Assembly: GCA_965112635.1 (NCBI GenBank)
Contig: OZ218778.1
Span: 416,001 to 480,000 of the forward strand
Length of the DNA: 64,000 nt
Direction: 5' to 3'
Source of the DNA: an uncultured bacterium
Lineage (GTDB): Bacteria; Oederibacteriota; Oederibacteriia; Oederibacteriales; Oederibacteriaceae
Shown piece by piece: positions 1 through 9,884 of the stretch. Within the stretch, counting starts at the first letter, position 1; each line of letters opens with the position of its first letter. The notes beneath the pieces are model-generated. The model was not told where the DNA came from and searched no databases. It worked only from the letters and a program-made list of their open reading frames with translations. A program made the position numbers and the translations under genes.

Positions 1-2
1 CG

Positions 3-1232
3 GATAGCCCTACGGTCACCCTAACCGGCACCTCTACCGATACTTCAACCCCCACGGCTACGGCGACGACCTTGTACTCCTCGACCAGTACCTACACAGC
101 CACCAACACAGCGACGGCTTCGGTCACAGCGACCATCACGCTTACTTCAACCATCACCGTCACGCCTTCAGTGACCCTGACGTCCTCCATGACCTGGAGT
201 CCTTCCCTGACCTTAACACCTTCCCAGTCCTTTACTCAGACCCATACAGCCACCGTGACCGCTACCAACACACCTGTCATGACCAACTTGGAATTAAAGG
301 TCTATAACGAGGCCGGCGAAGTGGTCAAAACCTTCAGCAATGTCCTTGTTTTGGGAGGTTTTAGCGGTATCCAGCTTTCCTCCGGTAGCGGCTCCACCAT
401 CTTTGACCCCAGCACCGGCATCTTCGATATAGAGGTCATCAGCAGCGGCAATGTGTATCACATCCCCTGGGACGGTAAAAGCGACCTGGGCTATACCGTG
501 GACAGCGGGCAATATGTGCTCAAAGCCGACATTCCAGGCAAGCCGGCTGATACAGTCACCATGGGCTTGACCGTGCTCAAGGCAGGAGACTATTTGACCG
601 TCAGCGTCTATACCACCAGCGGTGAACTGGTCAAACAACTGTACAGCAGTTATTTAGTCCAGGGGCAATTGGGAAGCATGAAGTTGACCAGCAATTTACT
701 GCAGATAAGCAATCAACCCACAGGGACAACCATGATCGGGATAAACATCTTTTCCTCCACAGGTCAGTTAATGGCAGATGGGCTAGGCTCCTTGAACCAG
801 GCCCGCCTGACCTGGGACGGCACCACGGCCTTGGGCAATTATGTACAGAGCGGAGAGTATTTGATCAAGATAGAGCAGGTCTACAACCATCAGCATGACG
901 TGGTGGTGCAAAGCGTGACGGTGCTAAGCTCCAATTTAAGCGGGTTTATGGATGCTTCGGTCTATCCCAACCCGTACCTCTCCACTCCAGACCACAAGCT
1001 ATGGTTCAAGGTAACCCTGCAGGACCAATCCAACCTGACCGTGAGAATTTATGATGTGGTGGGAGAGCTGGTGAACACCCTCAGCTTGCCCGCAGCCGGG
1101 CCTGGCATTGCCACCCTGGGTTGGGATGTCAATAATGCTGCGGCTGGTCTTTATGTGGGGATAGTAGAAGCTGATTCCCAGGTGAGCGGTCAAACACAGA
1201 AAAAATCCCTTAAAATCTCCATAATCAAGTAA
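3..1232 (+). CDS. Secreted/surface protein, 5'-partial: Thr/Ser-rich linker followed by tandem FlgD-Ig-like domains and a T9SS-CTD-like C-terminal domain
   Basis: Frame is open from the window edge (DSPTVTLTGTSTDT...) with alternating T-x-T repeats. Three 'V(Y/F)xxxGE(V/L)V..WD' units; the last is preceded by VYPNP and ends ...GLYVGIVEA...KKSLKISIIK. Confidence 0.75.
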   Translation, partial: DSPTVTLTGTSTDTSTPTATATTLYSSTSTYTATNTATASVTATITLTSTITVTPSVTLTSSMTWSPSLTLTPSQSFTQTHTATVTATNTPVMTNLELKVYNEAGEVVKTFSNVLVLGGFSGIQLSSGSGSTIFDPSTGIFDIEVISSGNVYHIPWDGKSDLGYTVDSGQYVLKADIPGKPADTVTMGLTVLKAGDYLTVSVYTTSGELVKQLYSSYLVQGQLGSMKLTSNLLQISNQPTGTTMIGINIFSSTGQLMADGLGSLNQARLTWDGTTALGNYVQSGEYLIKIEQVYNHQHDVVVQSVTVLSSNLSGFMDASVYPNPYLSTPDHKLWFKVTLQDQSNLTVRIYDVVGELVNTLSLPAAGPGIATLGWDVNNAAAGLYVGIVEADSQVSGQTQKKSLKISIIK

Positions 1233-1254
1233 ACACGCCCTCAATTGACTTATA

Positions 1255-2496
1255 TCATCTTGTGGGGACCGAACCGTAGAGGCCGAGATCATTGATGTCT
1301 GTGGGGGCCTGTTCTTCAAAAGGCAGGAAATGGGCCAGCAGGCTCCATCCCCAAAACGGGTTCAATCCCCTTCCCTCCCCTGTCTCCGACAAATACCACT
1401 CTCGGTTCCCGGCCCGGCGGACCAGGGCCAGCGTGCGGTCAGCCAGCAGGGACGCCAGCTGGCCGTAGCCATAGTAGCGCAGCCCGTGGGTGATCATGTA
1501 GTTCGTCGGGATCCACACGCAGGCGCGCCAGTTGCAGCCCACGTCCCGTGGGAGTGGTTCTCCTGAATATCCGGGCTCGGACTTGGCTAAAGCAGCGACC
1601 GGCCAGACGGTCCAGAACTCGGCGGCATTCATTAGGTGTTCGTAAATCATCCGGCGTGCCTGTTCAGGAGTGGCCACCCGGCAAAAAAGCGGGGTAAAAG
1701 CGGACACGGCCTTGACCGGTATTTTTTTCCCCTGGACCCGGCAGCGGTCGTAAAAAATCCCATCCTGCTCATCCCAGAGCTTTTCCCTGATAAGCTGAGC
1801 CAGAATCAAAGCCCGTTGCCGGTATTCGTGGCTATCCTTATCTTTCCCAGCCAGGCTGGCGATCCGGCTGAAGGCCAGCAGTTCCCGGTAAAGGTAGCAG
1901 TTCAAGTCCACGCCTTCGCTGACCGGCAGTTTTTCTTTTTCCAGCAGTCCGGATGGCGCGGGAATACTGTGCCGTTCGCAACCCTCCCAGTTCTTATGGT
2001 TAAAGCCGGCCCGTTCCACCTGGTTGTCCATACCGGTATGGGGCCCGCTGACCCACTCCGCCAGGCCGTTCCCGTCAGGGTCCATGTCTTTAAGCCAATA
2101 ATCCAGATATTTCTTGAGCCTGTCGTAATAGTGCGGGTCCGTGACCCAGGCATGCTCCCCGTAATTAACGCTGACCAGAAGGGCGATCTGGCATAAAAAA
2201 GGCTTGGCATGCTCAGGGTCATGGAAAGGGTTGCTCGGCACGGAGCGGGAAATAAGCCCGCTGGGTTGCTGGTGGTCCAGAAAAATGGTCACGGCGTTCT
2301 TGATCAGTTCGCTGGGCCAGCCCATGTAGATCTGGACAATGGCCTCAAAATACTGGTCCCAGTCGTAGAGCGTTTTGTAGGAGTAACCCGTAAAATAGGA
2401 CCTCCCGGTGTCGCTGTCGGTCAGGATGCCCTTGCGCATCAGGTTTTCCTCGATGCTCAATCGCGGACGCATCTCTTTCAAGAATGGGTCGTTCAT
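1255..2496 (-). CDS. MGH1-like / GH63-GH37-type (alpha/alpha)6 glycoside hydrolase
   Basis: LYDWDQYF, GMDN, VDLNCYLY, LWDEQDGIFYD, WRACVWIPTNY and REWY...GWS motifs; no signal peptide seen. Confidence 0.75.
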   Translation of the reverse strand: MNDPFLKEMRPRLSIEENLMRKGILTDSDTGRSYFTGYSYKTLYDWDQYFEAIVQIYMGWPSELIKNAVTIFLDHQQPSGLISRSVPSNPFHDPEHAKPFLCQIALLVSVNYGEHAWVTDPHYYDRLKKYLDYWLKDMDPDGNGLAEWVSGPHTGMDNQVERAGFNHKNWEGCERHSIPAPSGLLEKEKLPVSEGVDLNCYLYRELLAFSRIASLAGKDKDSHEYRQRALILAQLIREKLWDEQDGIFYDRCRVQGKKIPVKAVSAFTPLFCRVATPEQARRMIYEHLMNAAEFWTVWPVAALAKSEPGYSGEPLPRDVGCNWRACVWIPTNYMITHGLRYYGYGQLASLLADRTLALVRRAGNREWYLSETGEGRGLNPFWGWSLLAHFLPFEEQAPTDINDLGLYGSVPTR

Positions 2497-2549
2497 CCAG
2501 ATGTTTGCATTTGAACTTTGGATAAGATCCTCCTTAGGTCTAGTTTGGG

Positions 2550-3284
2550 TTATTGCCCCAGTTCATGCAGAATAAGGGCGCAGGCGATGAGGCCGGCTGT
2601 TTCGGTCCGCAGGATGCGCGGTCCCAGGGTCACGGGAAGGGCCCCTGCTTTTTGCGCCTCCCCAGCTTCCCGCTGGCTGAAACCGCCCTCCGGCCCTATC
2701 AAGACCGCGAGGCTTCTCGGAGTTTTTCGCTTGGCCAACACAGTTTTTATCCCCTGTTTGGTCTCGCCTTCCCAGGGCAGGATGACCAGGTCCATACTTT
2801 TAAGGGACCCTAGCGCCTCCGGCCAGGAGCGGACTGTCGAAACCTGCGGAATTTTGAGCCGGCCGCACTGTTTGGCCGCGGCTTCGCTGATCTTTTGCCA
2901 GCGTTTGCTTTGCTTGTCTTGTTTGGCGGAGTTAAGGTGCGGGATGGACCGCTCGGTCAGGACCGGCCAGAACCGGGAAACCCCGATCTCGGTCCCTTTT
3001 TGCACGATCCATTCCATTTTGGGATGCTTGGCTAGGGATTGCACCAGGGTAATCGTTGTCTGTGGCTCGCACTCCAAACTTTTCTTTTCTAAAATCTGGG
3101 TGACGACTGACCCATGAGAGAGCTCCACGACCCGGACCTGGTAGATATGGTTCTCGCCGTCGCTGACCCCAAGGCTCTCCCCTTTTTTTACCCGCAGGAC
3201 ATTTTTGAGGTGAAAAGCGTCCTGGCCCGTGATGGCAATGCGGTCAGCGCTGATATTCTCGGGAGGCACAAAAAAATGGGGCAT
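2550..3284 (-). CDS. rsmE: 16S rRNA (uracil-1498-N3)-methyltransferase
   Basis: HLKNVLR, QKGTEIGV, EAAKQCGR, IGPEGGF, LGPRILRTETA. Confidence 0.96.
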   Translation of the reverse strand: MPHFFVPPENISADRIAITGQDAFHLKNVLRVKKGESLGVSDGENHIYQVRVVELSHGSVVTQILEKKSLECEPQTTITLVQSLAKHPKMEWIVQKGTEIGVSRFWPVLTERSIPHLNSAKQDKQSKRWQKISEAAAKQCGRLKIPQVSTVRSWPEALGSLKSMDLVILPWEGETKQGIKTVLAKRKTPRSLAVLIGPEGGFSQREAGEAQKAGALPVTLGPRILRTETAGLIACALILHELGQ

Positions 3285-3299
3285 CAGGGACAGGGCCGG

Positions 3300-4922
3300 T
3301 CAGTCGAACTTGAGGGGAGGACGGTCTTCTTTGCCGTAGTTCCTGATCTTTTTCATGCTGTCCAGTTCCATGGTCCTGATCTGTTCCAACCGCGTCAGGT
3401 CCGCCGGGTTCTGGGGTTTGAAGCTCAGGATCGTGTAATAGGCGTTGCGGGCCACGTCATAATTGCGCGCCGACAGGGCCGACTCCCCCAGCCCGTGCAA
3501 GGCATCCACGGTCTGGGATGGGCTGGTGTCCTTTAAACTGGCGATCTCCAGGAATTCCTTGGTGGCCTGCTCGTAAAATTCAAGGTAGTACATGCTCCAG
3601 GCTCTCCGCAAACGGTATTCGATATTGGAGGGCTCCAGCTGGTAAAGCTGCTCGTATTGTTCCAAGGCGATCTGATACTTCTCGGTTTGCCAACTGTAAT
3701 CCGCCAGCCTGATCCTCGCCGCTAGGTCGTCGGGATTTAAATTCAAACTGAACCCTTCCAGGGAAACCGGCAGGTACACCAAGCCCATTTCATGGTATTG
3801 TCTGGCTTTTTTGTCCATGTAAGTCGCCACATTATCCCAGTTCAAATGCCTCAAATACACCCATCCCACCCCGACGATCACTAGGACAACGGCCAGTTTG
3901 ACCACTCGTCTCACTATGCTGAAGAAAGCCGGTGTCTGCCAGAAATGGATGACCGGCGCGGCCGGGACGGCCACAGCCTCTCCAGTGCCCTCCTCGGGGG
4001 CTTCACTGAACTCGTCGACCTCCTGCCCCTCTTGGGCAGCCCTCTCCCGGGCCCTTTCGGCCAGCATCTCTTCTCTTTCCGCTTTTTCCTTGGCCAGGAT
4101 CTGGGGGAGTATCTTCCAGTGGTAGGCCTGTAAAAAAGCCCTCTTGACGCTCTGGTACCAGAGATAGACGCCCAGTACGGAGAAGACAAGGAAGAACACG
4201 TAAAAACTTTCTGTCGCGTCCTGCTGGCCCAAAGTCTGCCCCCACTGCCAGACGAAAGAAAAATGTCTGATGAAAAGCAGGCTGACGAACCAGAAAAGCA
4301 TGACCAGGATCAAAAAGATGCCTTCGGAAAGGTGCCCACTGTAGATCTGGCCCCAGCCCCACACCACCAGCGATAGAACGGCGGACAGAAACGGGTTGTC
4401 CTTCCCGTGATAGATCCCGTGATGTTCCATCCGTATCTCTCTCGCCCGGGTGTAGGCCTCGCCAATATTCACCAGCCAGACCAGGATCCCCAGGCCAAAG
4501 ATGAGGATCAGGGAAACAAGCCTGACCACGGGATGCGGGGCAAAAGGGGACATGGAAACCAAGGGATAGGAGGGGTTTAAAACGCCCATAAGGACCGCTC
4601 CCCATCCCCCGTAACACAGCAGGAACAGGATGCCGTTGCGCAGGTCACCGTTATAAAAAGAACCGGCTCCCCACACGAACAAAGAAAGGGTGCCGGCAAG
4701 GGCAGGGCTTTTATCGGTTCTTCTTTTTTCTTTTTCCACCTCGGCCGGGTCCTGGGCTGGGACGGGTTCCGGCGCAGGAACGGGCTGGCTCGGCGCTGCA
4801 GCGGCCGGCGCAGGGGCTTTGTCGGGCCCGGCCTGGGCCGCTGGGGCTCCTGCCGGTTTTGCTCCCGCGGGCGGTGCTCCCGGGGCTGCTTTCACCTCTG
4901 GTTTATTGTCATTATCAGCCAA
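3300..4922 (-). CDS. Membrane protein with Pro/Ala-rich N-terminus, two TM2/DUF5683-like membrane repeats and C-terminal TPRs
   Basis: Repeats KSPALAGTLSLFVWGAGSFYNG and DNPFLSAVLSLVVWGWGQIYSG; several TM helices; TPR-like helices at the C-terminus; TTG start with purine-rich SD. Confidence 0.65.
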   Translation of the reverse strand: MADNDNKPEVKAAPGAPPAGAKPAGAPAAQAGPDKAPAPAAAAPSQPVPAPEPVPAQDPAEVEKEKRRTDKSPALAGTLSLFVWGAGSFYNGDLRNGILFLLCYGGWGAVLMGVLNPSYPLVSMSPFAPHPVVRLVSLILIFGLGILVWLVNIGEAYTRAREIRMEHHGIYHGKDNPFLSAVLSLVVWGWGQIYSGHLSEGIFLILVMLFWFVSLLFIRHFSFVWQWGQTLGQQDATESFYVFFLVFSVLGVYLWYQSVKRAFLQAYHWKILPQILAKEKAEREEMLAERARERAAQEGQEVDEFSEAPEEGTGEAVAVPAAPVIHFWQTPAFFSIVRRVVKLAVVLVIVGVGWVYLRHLNWDNVATYMDKKARQYHEMGLVYLPVSLEGFSLNLNPDDLAARIRLADYSWQTEKYQIALEQYEQLYQLEPSNIEYRLRRAWSMYYLEFYEQATKEFLEIASLKDTSPSQTVDALHGLGESALSARNYDVARNAYYTILSFKPQNPADLTRLEQIRTMELDSMKKIRNYGKEDRPPLKFD

Positions 4923-4947
4923 GGAACTCTTCCCTTCTCCAAAAGGC

Positions 4948-6228
4948 CTAACCAGCGTTCAGTTGGGATTCCTTCTCCAAGACTAGCAGTGGTTTTTCTT
5001 TTTTCAAGACCACATCCTCAGTAACCACACATTCTTTGATCTCGCGGCTGGAGGGAACTTGGTACATCACGTCCAGCATCAGGTCCTCGATGATGGCGCG
5101 CAGCCCCCTGGCCCCTGTTTTTCTCTTTAAAGCCTCACCGGCGATGGCGGTCAAAGCGTCATCCGTGAACTTGAGCTCTACCCCGTCCATGGCCAGGAAT
5201 TTCTTGTACTGCTTGACGAGCGCGTTCTTGGGTTCGGTGAGGATCTTGACCAGCGCCTCTTTGTCCAGGTCGTGCAAGGTGGACAGGATCGGCATCCTTC
5301 CCACGAATTCCGGGATCATGCCGTACTTGAGCAGGTCTTCAGGCTGGACTTTTTTGAGCACTTCCCAGCAAGCATCCTTCGGATGGACCTTGACGGTGGT
5401 GGGGGCGTTGAATCCCATGGACCCCTTGCCCAGCCGGCTCTCGATGATCTTGTCCAGGCCGATGAAAGCTCCTCCGCAGATGAACAGGATGTTGGTGGTG
5501 TTGACTTGGATATACTCCTGGTGCGGGTGCTTGCGCCCGCCCTGGGGAGGCACGGAGGCCACGGAGCCCTCTAAAATTTTGAGGAGCGCTTGTTGGACAC
5601 CCTCCCCGGATACGTCCCGGGTGATGGAGGGGTTCTCGGACTTGCGGGCGATCTTGTCGATCTCGTCGATATACACGATCCCTTTTTGGGCCCTCTCGAC
5701 CTGGTAGTTGGCGTCCTGTAAAAGGCGCAGGATGATGTTCTCCACGTCCTCACCCACGTAGCCCGCCTCCGTGAGGCAGGTCGCGTCAGCCAGGGCAAAA
5801 GGGACATTGAGGGTCCGGGCCAAAGTCTGGGCCAGCAGGGTCTTGCCGGTGCCGGTGGGCCCGATCAAAAGAATATTGCTCTTCTGTAGCTCGACGTCGT
5901 CTTCTTTTTCTTTGACCGGGGTCTGCGAGATGCGTTTGTAGTGGTTATACACCGCCACGGAAAGGGACTTCTTGGCGTGCTCCTGCCCGATCACATATTC
6001 GTCCAAGGCGCTTTTGATCTCGTGGGGCTTGGGGATCTCGACGTTGGTTTTGCGCTTTTCCTCGGTGGCGTCCTCCAGCAGGATCCCGTTGCACAGTTCC
6101 ACGCATTCGTTGCAAATGTAGACCGACTGGCCGGCAGACTGGCTGGCAACGAGTTTTTTCACCGACTCCTGGTTCTTGCCGCAAAAAGAGCAGCGGACCA
6201 CCGCTCCGGAATCTTGGCCTTTGAACAA
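4948..6228 (-). CDS. clpX: ATP-dependent Clp protease ATP-binding subunit ClpX
   Basis: CSFC/CNEC zinc finger, [41 protein letters not shown]. Confidence 0.98.
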   Translation of the reverse strand: MFKGQDSGAVVRCSFCGKNQESVKKLVASQSAGQSVYICNECVELCNGILLEDATEEKRKTNVEIPKPHEIKSALDEYVIGQEHAKKSLSVAVYNHYKRISQTPVKEKEDDVELQKSNILLIGPTGTGKTLLAQTLARTLNVPFALADATCLTEAGYVGEDVENIILRLLQDANYQVERAQKGIVYIDEIDKIARKSENPSITRDVSGEGVQQALLKILEGSVASVPPQGGRKHPHQEYIQVNTTNILFICGGAFIGLDKIIESRLGKGSMGFNAPTTVKVHPKDACWEVLKKVQPEDLLKYGMIPEFVGRMPILSTLHDLDKEALVKILTEPKNALVKQYKKFLAMDGVELKFTDDALTAIAGEALKRKTGARGLRAIIEDLMLDVMYQVPSSREIKECVVTEDVVLKKEKPLLVLEKESQLNAG

Positions 6229-6270
6229 ATCAAACCTCCTCGGTGAAGTTCTTCCTCAAAAATAACGCGG

Positions 6271-6870
6271 CTACGACTTGGGCTCCGGCTTTCTACTCAT
6301 AATGACCTCGTCCACGATCCCATAGGCCTTGGCCTCGTCCGCCGACATGAAAAAATCCCTGTCGGTATCGCGGGTGATCTTTTCCATCGTCTGCTTGGTG
6401 TGGGTCACGAGGATCTCGTTGATCTTCTGGCGCACCCGGATGATTTCACGCGCCTGGATATCGATATCCGTGGCCTGTCCCTGGACCCCGCCCAGGGGTT
6501 GGTGGATCAAAACGCGGGCATGGGGCAGAATATAGCGTTTTCCGGTGGCCCCCGCGCAAAGCAGCATAGCGGCCATGCTGGCGGCCTGGCCTACGCAAAT
6601 GGTGGAAACGGGCGGCTGCACGTACTGCATCGTGTCATAGATCGCCAGTCCGGCCGTGACCAGACCTCCCGGGCTGTTGATATAAAGGTTGATCGGCTTT
6701 TCTGGGTCCTCCCCGGCCAAGAATAATAGCTGGGCGATGATAAGGTTGGACATCACCTCGTCAATTTCCGTCCCCAAAAAAATGATCCTCTCCTTGAGCA
6801 GCCGTGAAAAGATATCAAAGGACCTTTCACCGCGGCTGGTTTGTTCCACGACCATAGGTACCAAACTCAT
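6271..6870 (-). CDS. clpP: ATP-dependent Clp protease proteolytic subunit
   Basis: [39 protein letters not shown]. Confidence 0.98.
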   Translation of the reverse strand: MSLVPMVVEQTSRGERSFDIFSRLLKERIIFLGTEIDEVMSNLIIAQLLFLAGEDPEKPINLYINSPGGLVTAGLAIYDTMQYVQPPVSTICVGQAASMAAMLLCAGATGKRYILPHARVLIHQPLGGVQGQATDIDIQAREIIRVRQKINEILVTHTKQTMEKITRDTDRDFFMSADEAKAYGIVDEVIMSRKPEPKS

Positions 6871-6885
6871 TTTATCCTCCTGTTC

Positions 6886-8187
6886 CTACTTGGCTTTTAG
6901 GATCGGACTTTCCTGCTCCACCGCAACCTGGGTCATCAGGAACTCCATGGTCTTTTCGTCCCGGACGTTTTCCCTGACCTGGAAGGTCATTCCCTTTTCC
7001 TCGAACTCTTTCTTGAGCTTCCCTAGGTCCTGGTGGTATTGGCTGGCGTATTGTTCCAGCCTCTGATCAACCTCTTCATCCTTGACCTCGATCTTCTCCT
7101 GCTCTCCGACCGCTTCCACGATCAACGCCACTTTGACCTGCTCCAAAGCCTTGGTTTCGAGTTGTTTTTTGATCTGCTCCCACTCCATTCCCAGCTCTTT
7201 GTAAGACATGCCCTTTTGTTTAAGCGACCGCTCGTTCTCCGCCGCCAGTCGGGTGATCTGCGCCTCCAGCAGGCTGGGCGGCACTTCCACGGTGCTCGTG
7301 GTCAGAAGCTTGTCCAGAACCTGCTCCATCATCGCGGCCTTGGCCTGGTTCTCTTTTTGCTGGACTAGCCCGTCCTTGACCTTCTCGGTCAATGAGGCCA
7401 GATCAGCCAACCCGCTGATGTCCTTGGCGAATTGGTCGTTGAGCGGGGACAGTTTCTTCTGCTTGACTTCTTTGATCTTCACTTGGAATACGGCGGTTTT
7501 GGAGGCCAGGTCTTTATTGGCGAAATCTTTGGGGAATGTGGCCTCAACGGTCTTTTCCTCCCCGGCCTGGACCCCCGCCAGCTGGTCCTCAAACCCTGGG
7601 ATGGTCACTTGGGAACCGAGCTCCAAAAAATAATCTTTGACGGTCCCTCCGCTGAAGGGTTTGCCGTCGATCAGACCCTCAAAATCCAGGACCAAAAAGT
7701 CACCTTTGGCGGCTACCCTTTCCTTGACGTTTATATACTCCGCAAAACGGTTCTGCAGGTCTTTTAAAGCCTGGTCAACTTCCTGATCCTTGATCAGGAC
7801 CGAAGGTTTTTTCACGGCTAAACCCTTATAACTGCCCAGCTTAACGGGGACCTTGACCTCCACGTGGGCTTTATAGACTAAGGCTTTATCCTCTTTGAAA
7901 TCAAAATGGTCCACCTTGGCCCTGCTGATGGGCACGATCTTGCTTTTTTCCAGCGCCTCCCGGAAAGAAACCTCCACCAGCTTCTCCAGCGTGTTCTTCT
8001 TGACTTCCTCGTGGTAATGGCTTTTCAGCATATCCAGAGGCACTTTACCGCGGCGGAAACCAGGCAATACCGCGTTCTGGCTCAAATTCTTGTAAGCGTC
8101 TTCGATCTCCTGCCTGACCGTTTCTTCGGGGACCTCGATCTCCAAGATCTTTTGGCAGGGTGACTCGTCAATGACATTAACTTTCAT
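6886..8187 (-). CDS. tig: Trigger factor
   Basis: PGFRRGKVP ribosome-binding motif, FKBP domain (IPGFEDQL, TFPKDF); canonical tig-clpP-clpX order. Confidence 0.96.
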   Translation of the reverse strand: MKVNVIDESPCQKILEIEVPEETVRQEIEDAYKNLSQNAVLPGFRRGKVPLDMLKSHYHEEVKKNTLEKLVEVSFREALEKSKIVPISRAKVDHFDFKEDKALVYKAHVEVKVPVKLGSYKGLAVKKPSVLIKDQEVDQALKDLQNRFAEYINVKERVAAKGDFLVLDFEGLIDGKPFSGGTVKDYFLELGSQVTIPGFEDQLAGVQAGEEKTVEATFPKDFANKDLASKTAVFQVKIKEVKQKKLSPLNDQFAKDISGLADLASLTEKVKDGLVQQKENQAKAAMMEQVLDKLLTTSTVEVPPSLLEAQITRLAAENERSLKQKGMSYKELGMEWEQIKKQLETKALEQVKVALIVEAVGEQEKIEVKDEEVDQRLEQYASQYHQDLGKLKKEFEEKGMTFQVRENVRDEKTMEFLMTQVAVEQESPILKAK

Positions 8188-8279
8188 TAAAACAACCCGC
8201 TTTCTTAAGTATTTTCAAGGATTTTCTAGAAAAATCCTGATATCTTCGCTACTTTTGGAAAGGTTAACTAAGAATATTT

Positions 8280-8308
8280 ATCGTAACCAATAATAAGCAC
8301 CTTGTCAA
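8280..8308 (-). promoter_or_regulatory. Sigma70-type promoter for tig-clpP-clpX
   Basis: Minus strand reads TTGACA-N17-TACGAT, about 90 nt upstream of the tig start. Confidence 0.7.
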
Positions 8309-8452
8309 TCAACGCGAATTAACCCTAATTTTATCCTATAAATCAAAAAAAACCATGCTTTCAACAAGGTTTTTAAGCATTGCCCTAAAGTAAATACTGG
8401 CAATTTTTGAAAGAGAAAACAAGGAATTGCTGATGAATAGAGAGGGCTCCGC

Positions 8453-9355
8453 TCAGGCCTGGGTTTTGTCCAAGCTTTGGGCCAAAAGCGCGTCCACCAG
8501 GCTGTCGATCCTGTTTTTTTCAGGTACTGCGTCTTTTTTGGAAGCGGGCAGGCTGCCATAACCTAGATAAGCGCCGCTTAAAGCCCCCGCGATCGTTGCA
8601 ATGGCCGTGGCGCCTTCTCCGGTCTTTAAACAAAGGTCCAAAGTCTTGCCGAAATTATCCGGGGATTTCATAAAACAATAAAGGGCCGCCGGATAGCTTT
8701 CCAGCACGCTGTTTTGGGGCTGCATAACCTGTAGGACCAATTGGCCTTCCATGCCCAGATAGGAGGCCATGCTTTTCAATTCATCGCTGAAGCACGAGCT
8801 GACCGGCTCTATGAATTCCACGAGAGACTGGATGAAAAATAATTTATCCAAGGACGATGCCAGGGCCAGATAGGCCATGCTGAAAGCTTGGGTCAGAGCT
8901 CCGGCCAGTGCCAGAGTGTCGGTCTGCACGACCGAGGTAGTCTCCAGGACCACGCTCTTGAACTCATCCAATTTGCCGGCGTGATAAAGCAGGCCTAGGG
9001 TCGTGGCCAAGAGGGAGGCTTGCCACTCCGCGGTCGGCACCCCGCTTTTTTCCCATTTTTTATCGCTCTTGAGGTTTTTTATGGCCGCCTCAAAGGACCA
9101 ATATCCCTTTTGACCGGTGCTGGACCACTCCAAATATTTTTCAGCCACGAGCTTCCCTGCTTGTACCTTCTTTCGTCCGCTTTCCTGGGTGAGGGCTTCA
9201 CCGACAGACAGGGTGAGAGCGCAAGATGGAGAAAGAACTGGCAGGGGGGTTCCCGAATGGCTCATCTGTTCGCCTAAAACCATTCCGTAAAGGCAACCCT
9301 TAAATCTGTCCTTTAGTCTGAGATGGATTTCTATTGAGTTATTTTCTTTGGGCAA
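8453..9355 (-). CDS. ADP-ribosylglycohydrolase-fold protein lacking the catalytic acidic motifs
   Basis: LKDRFKGCLYGMVLGE, ESYPAALYCF...PDNF and TIAGALSGAYLG..SLP match the ARH/DraG scaffold; GDALG, TDDT and GDxDT are not conserved. Confidence 0.75.
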   Translation of the reverse strand: MPKENNSIEIHLRLKDRFKGCLYGMVLGEQMSHSGTPLPVLSPSCALTLSVGEALTQESGRKKVQAGKLVAEKYLEWSSTGQKGYWSFEAAIKNLKSDKKWEKSGVPTAEWQASLLATTLGLLYHAGKLDEFKSVVLETTSVVQTDTLALAGALTQAFSMAYLALASSLDKLFFIQSLVEFIEPVSSCFSDELKSMASYLGMEGQLVLQVMQPQNSVLESYPAALYCFMKSPDNFGKTLDLCLKTGEGATAIATIAGALSGAYLGYGSLPASKKDAVPEKNRIDSLVDALLAQSLDKTQA

Positions 9356-9389
9356 AAAAGATTCATCCTTTTGTGAACGGACCGGCTCA

Positions 9390-9842
9390 CTACTCTTTCA
9401 GCTTGACGATATTGGTGGCCTGGCGCATCCTGACGACCTCTTCGATGGAATTGCGGATTGAAGGATTGGCCATCAGAATGTCCTTGAAATCATGGGTATA
9501 GAGCACAAAAAACTCGCAGGCATCTTCGGCGATAATGGTGGCGTTCCTGGGCTCGCTGGTAACTAGGGCCATCTCCCCAAAATATTTCCCATCCTCCAGG
9601 TAGGCCAATAATTTTTTTCCAAAAAAACCTTTCTTTTTCCAAACCGCCACTCTGCCCGAGTAGATCATATAAAAAGCGTCGCCGGGATCACCCTCGCGGA
9701 TCACCACATGGCCTTTGGAACAGGACAGTTTATGCAGACGGGCCATAATAGATTCCAACTCGCCCATTTTTAATTTGCTGAAGAAGTCCACGCTTTTCAA
9801 GGTTTGCAAAATATGCTGGTACTGCTCTTTGTTCTCTGCCAT
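9390..9842 (-). CDS. Stand-alone cyclic-nucleotide-binding domain protein
   Basis: VIREGDPGDAFYMIYSGRV and phosphate-binding cassette FGEMALVTSEPRNAT; no HTH or other output domain. Confidence 0.9.
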   Translation of the reverse strand: MAENKEQYQHILQTLKSVDFFSKLKMGELESIMARLHKLSCSKGHVVIREGDPGDAFYMIYSGRVAVWKKKGFFGKKLLAYLEDGKYFGEMALVTSEPRNATIIAEDACEFFVLYTHDFKDILMANPSIRNSIEEVVRMRQATNIVKLKE

Positions 9843-9884
9843 ACAGCCCGGCTCCTTTCTATGTTCATTTCATCTTATGCATAT

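Noticed and set aside
1-290. ACC/ACG-rich periodic sequence as a DNA repeat or CRISPR-like array
   Set aside because: The periodicity comes from Thr-x codons with variable synonymous positions; there are no identical repeats or spacers and no cas genes.
5410-5420. ClpX 'MGF' instead of the 'IGF' ClpP-docking loop
   Set aside because: L/I/M-G-F variation is a known tolerated substitution.
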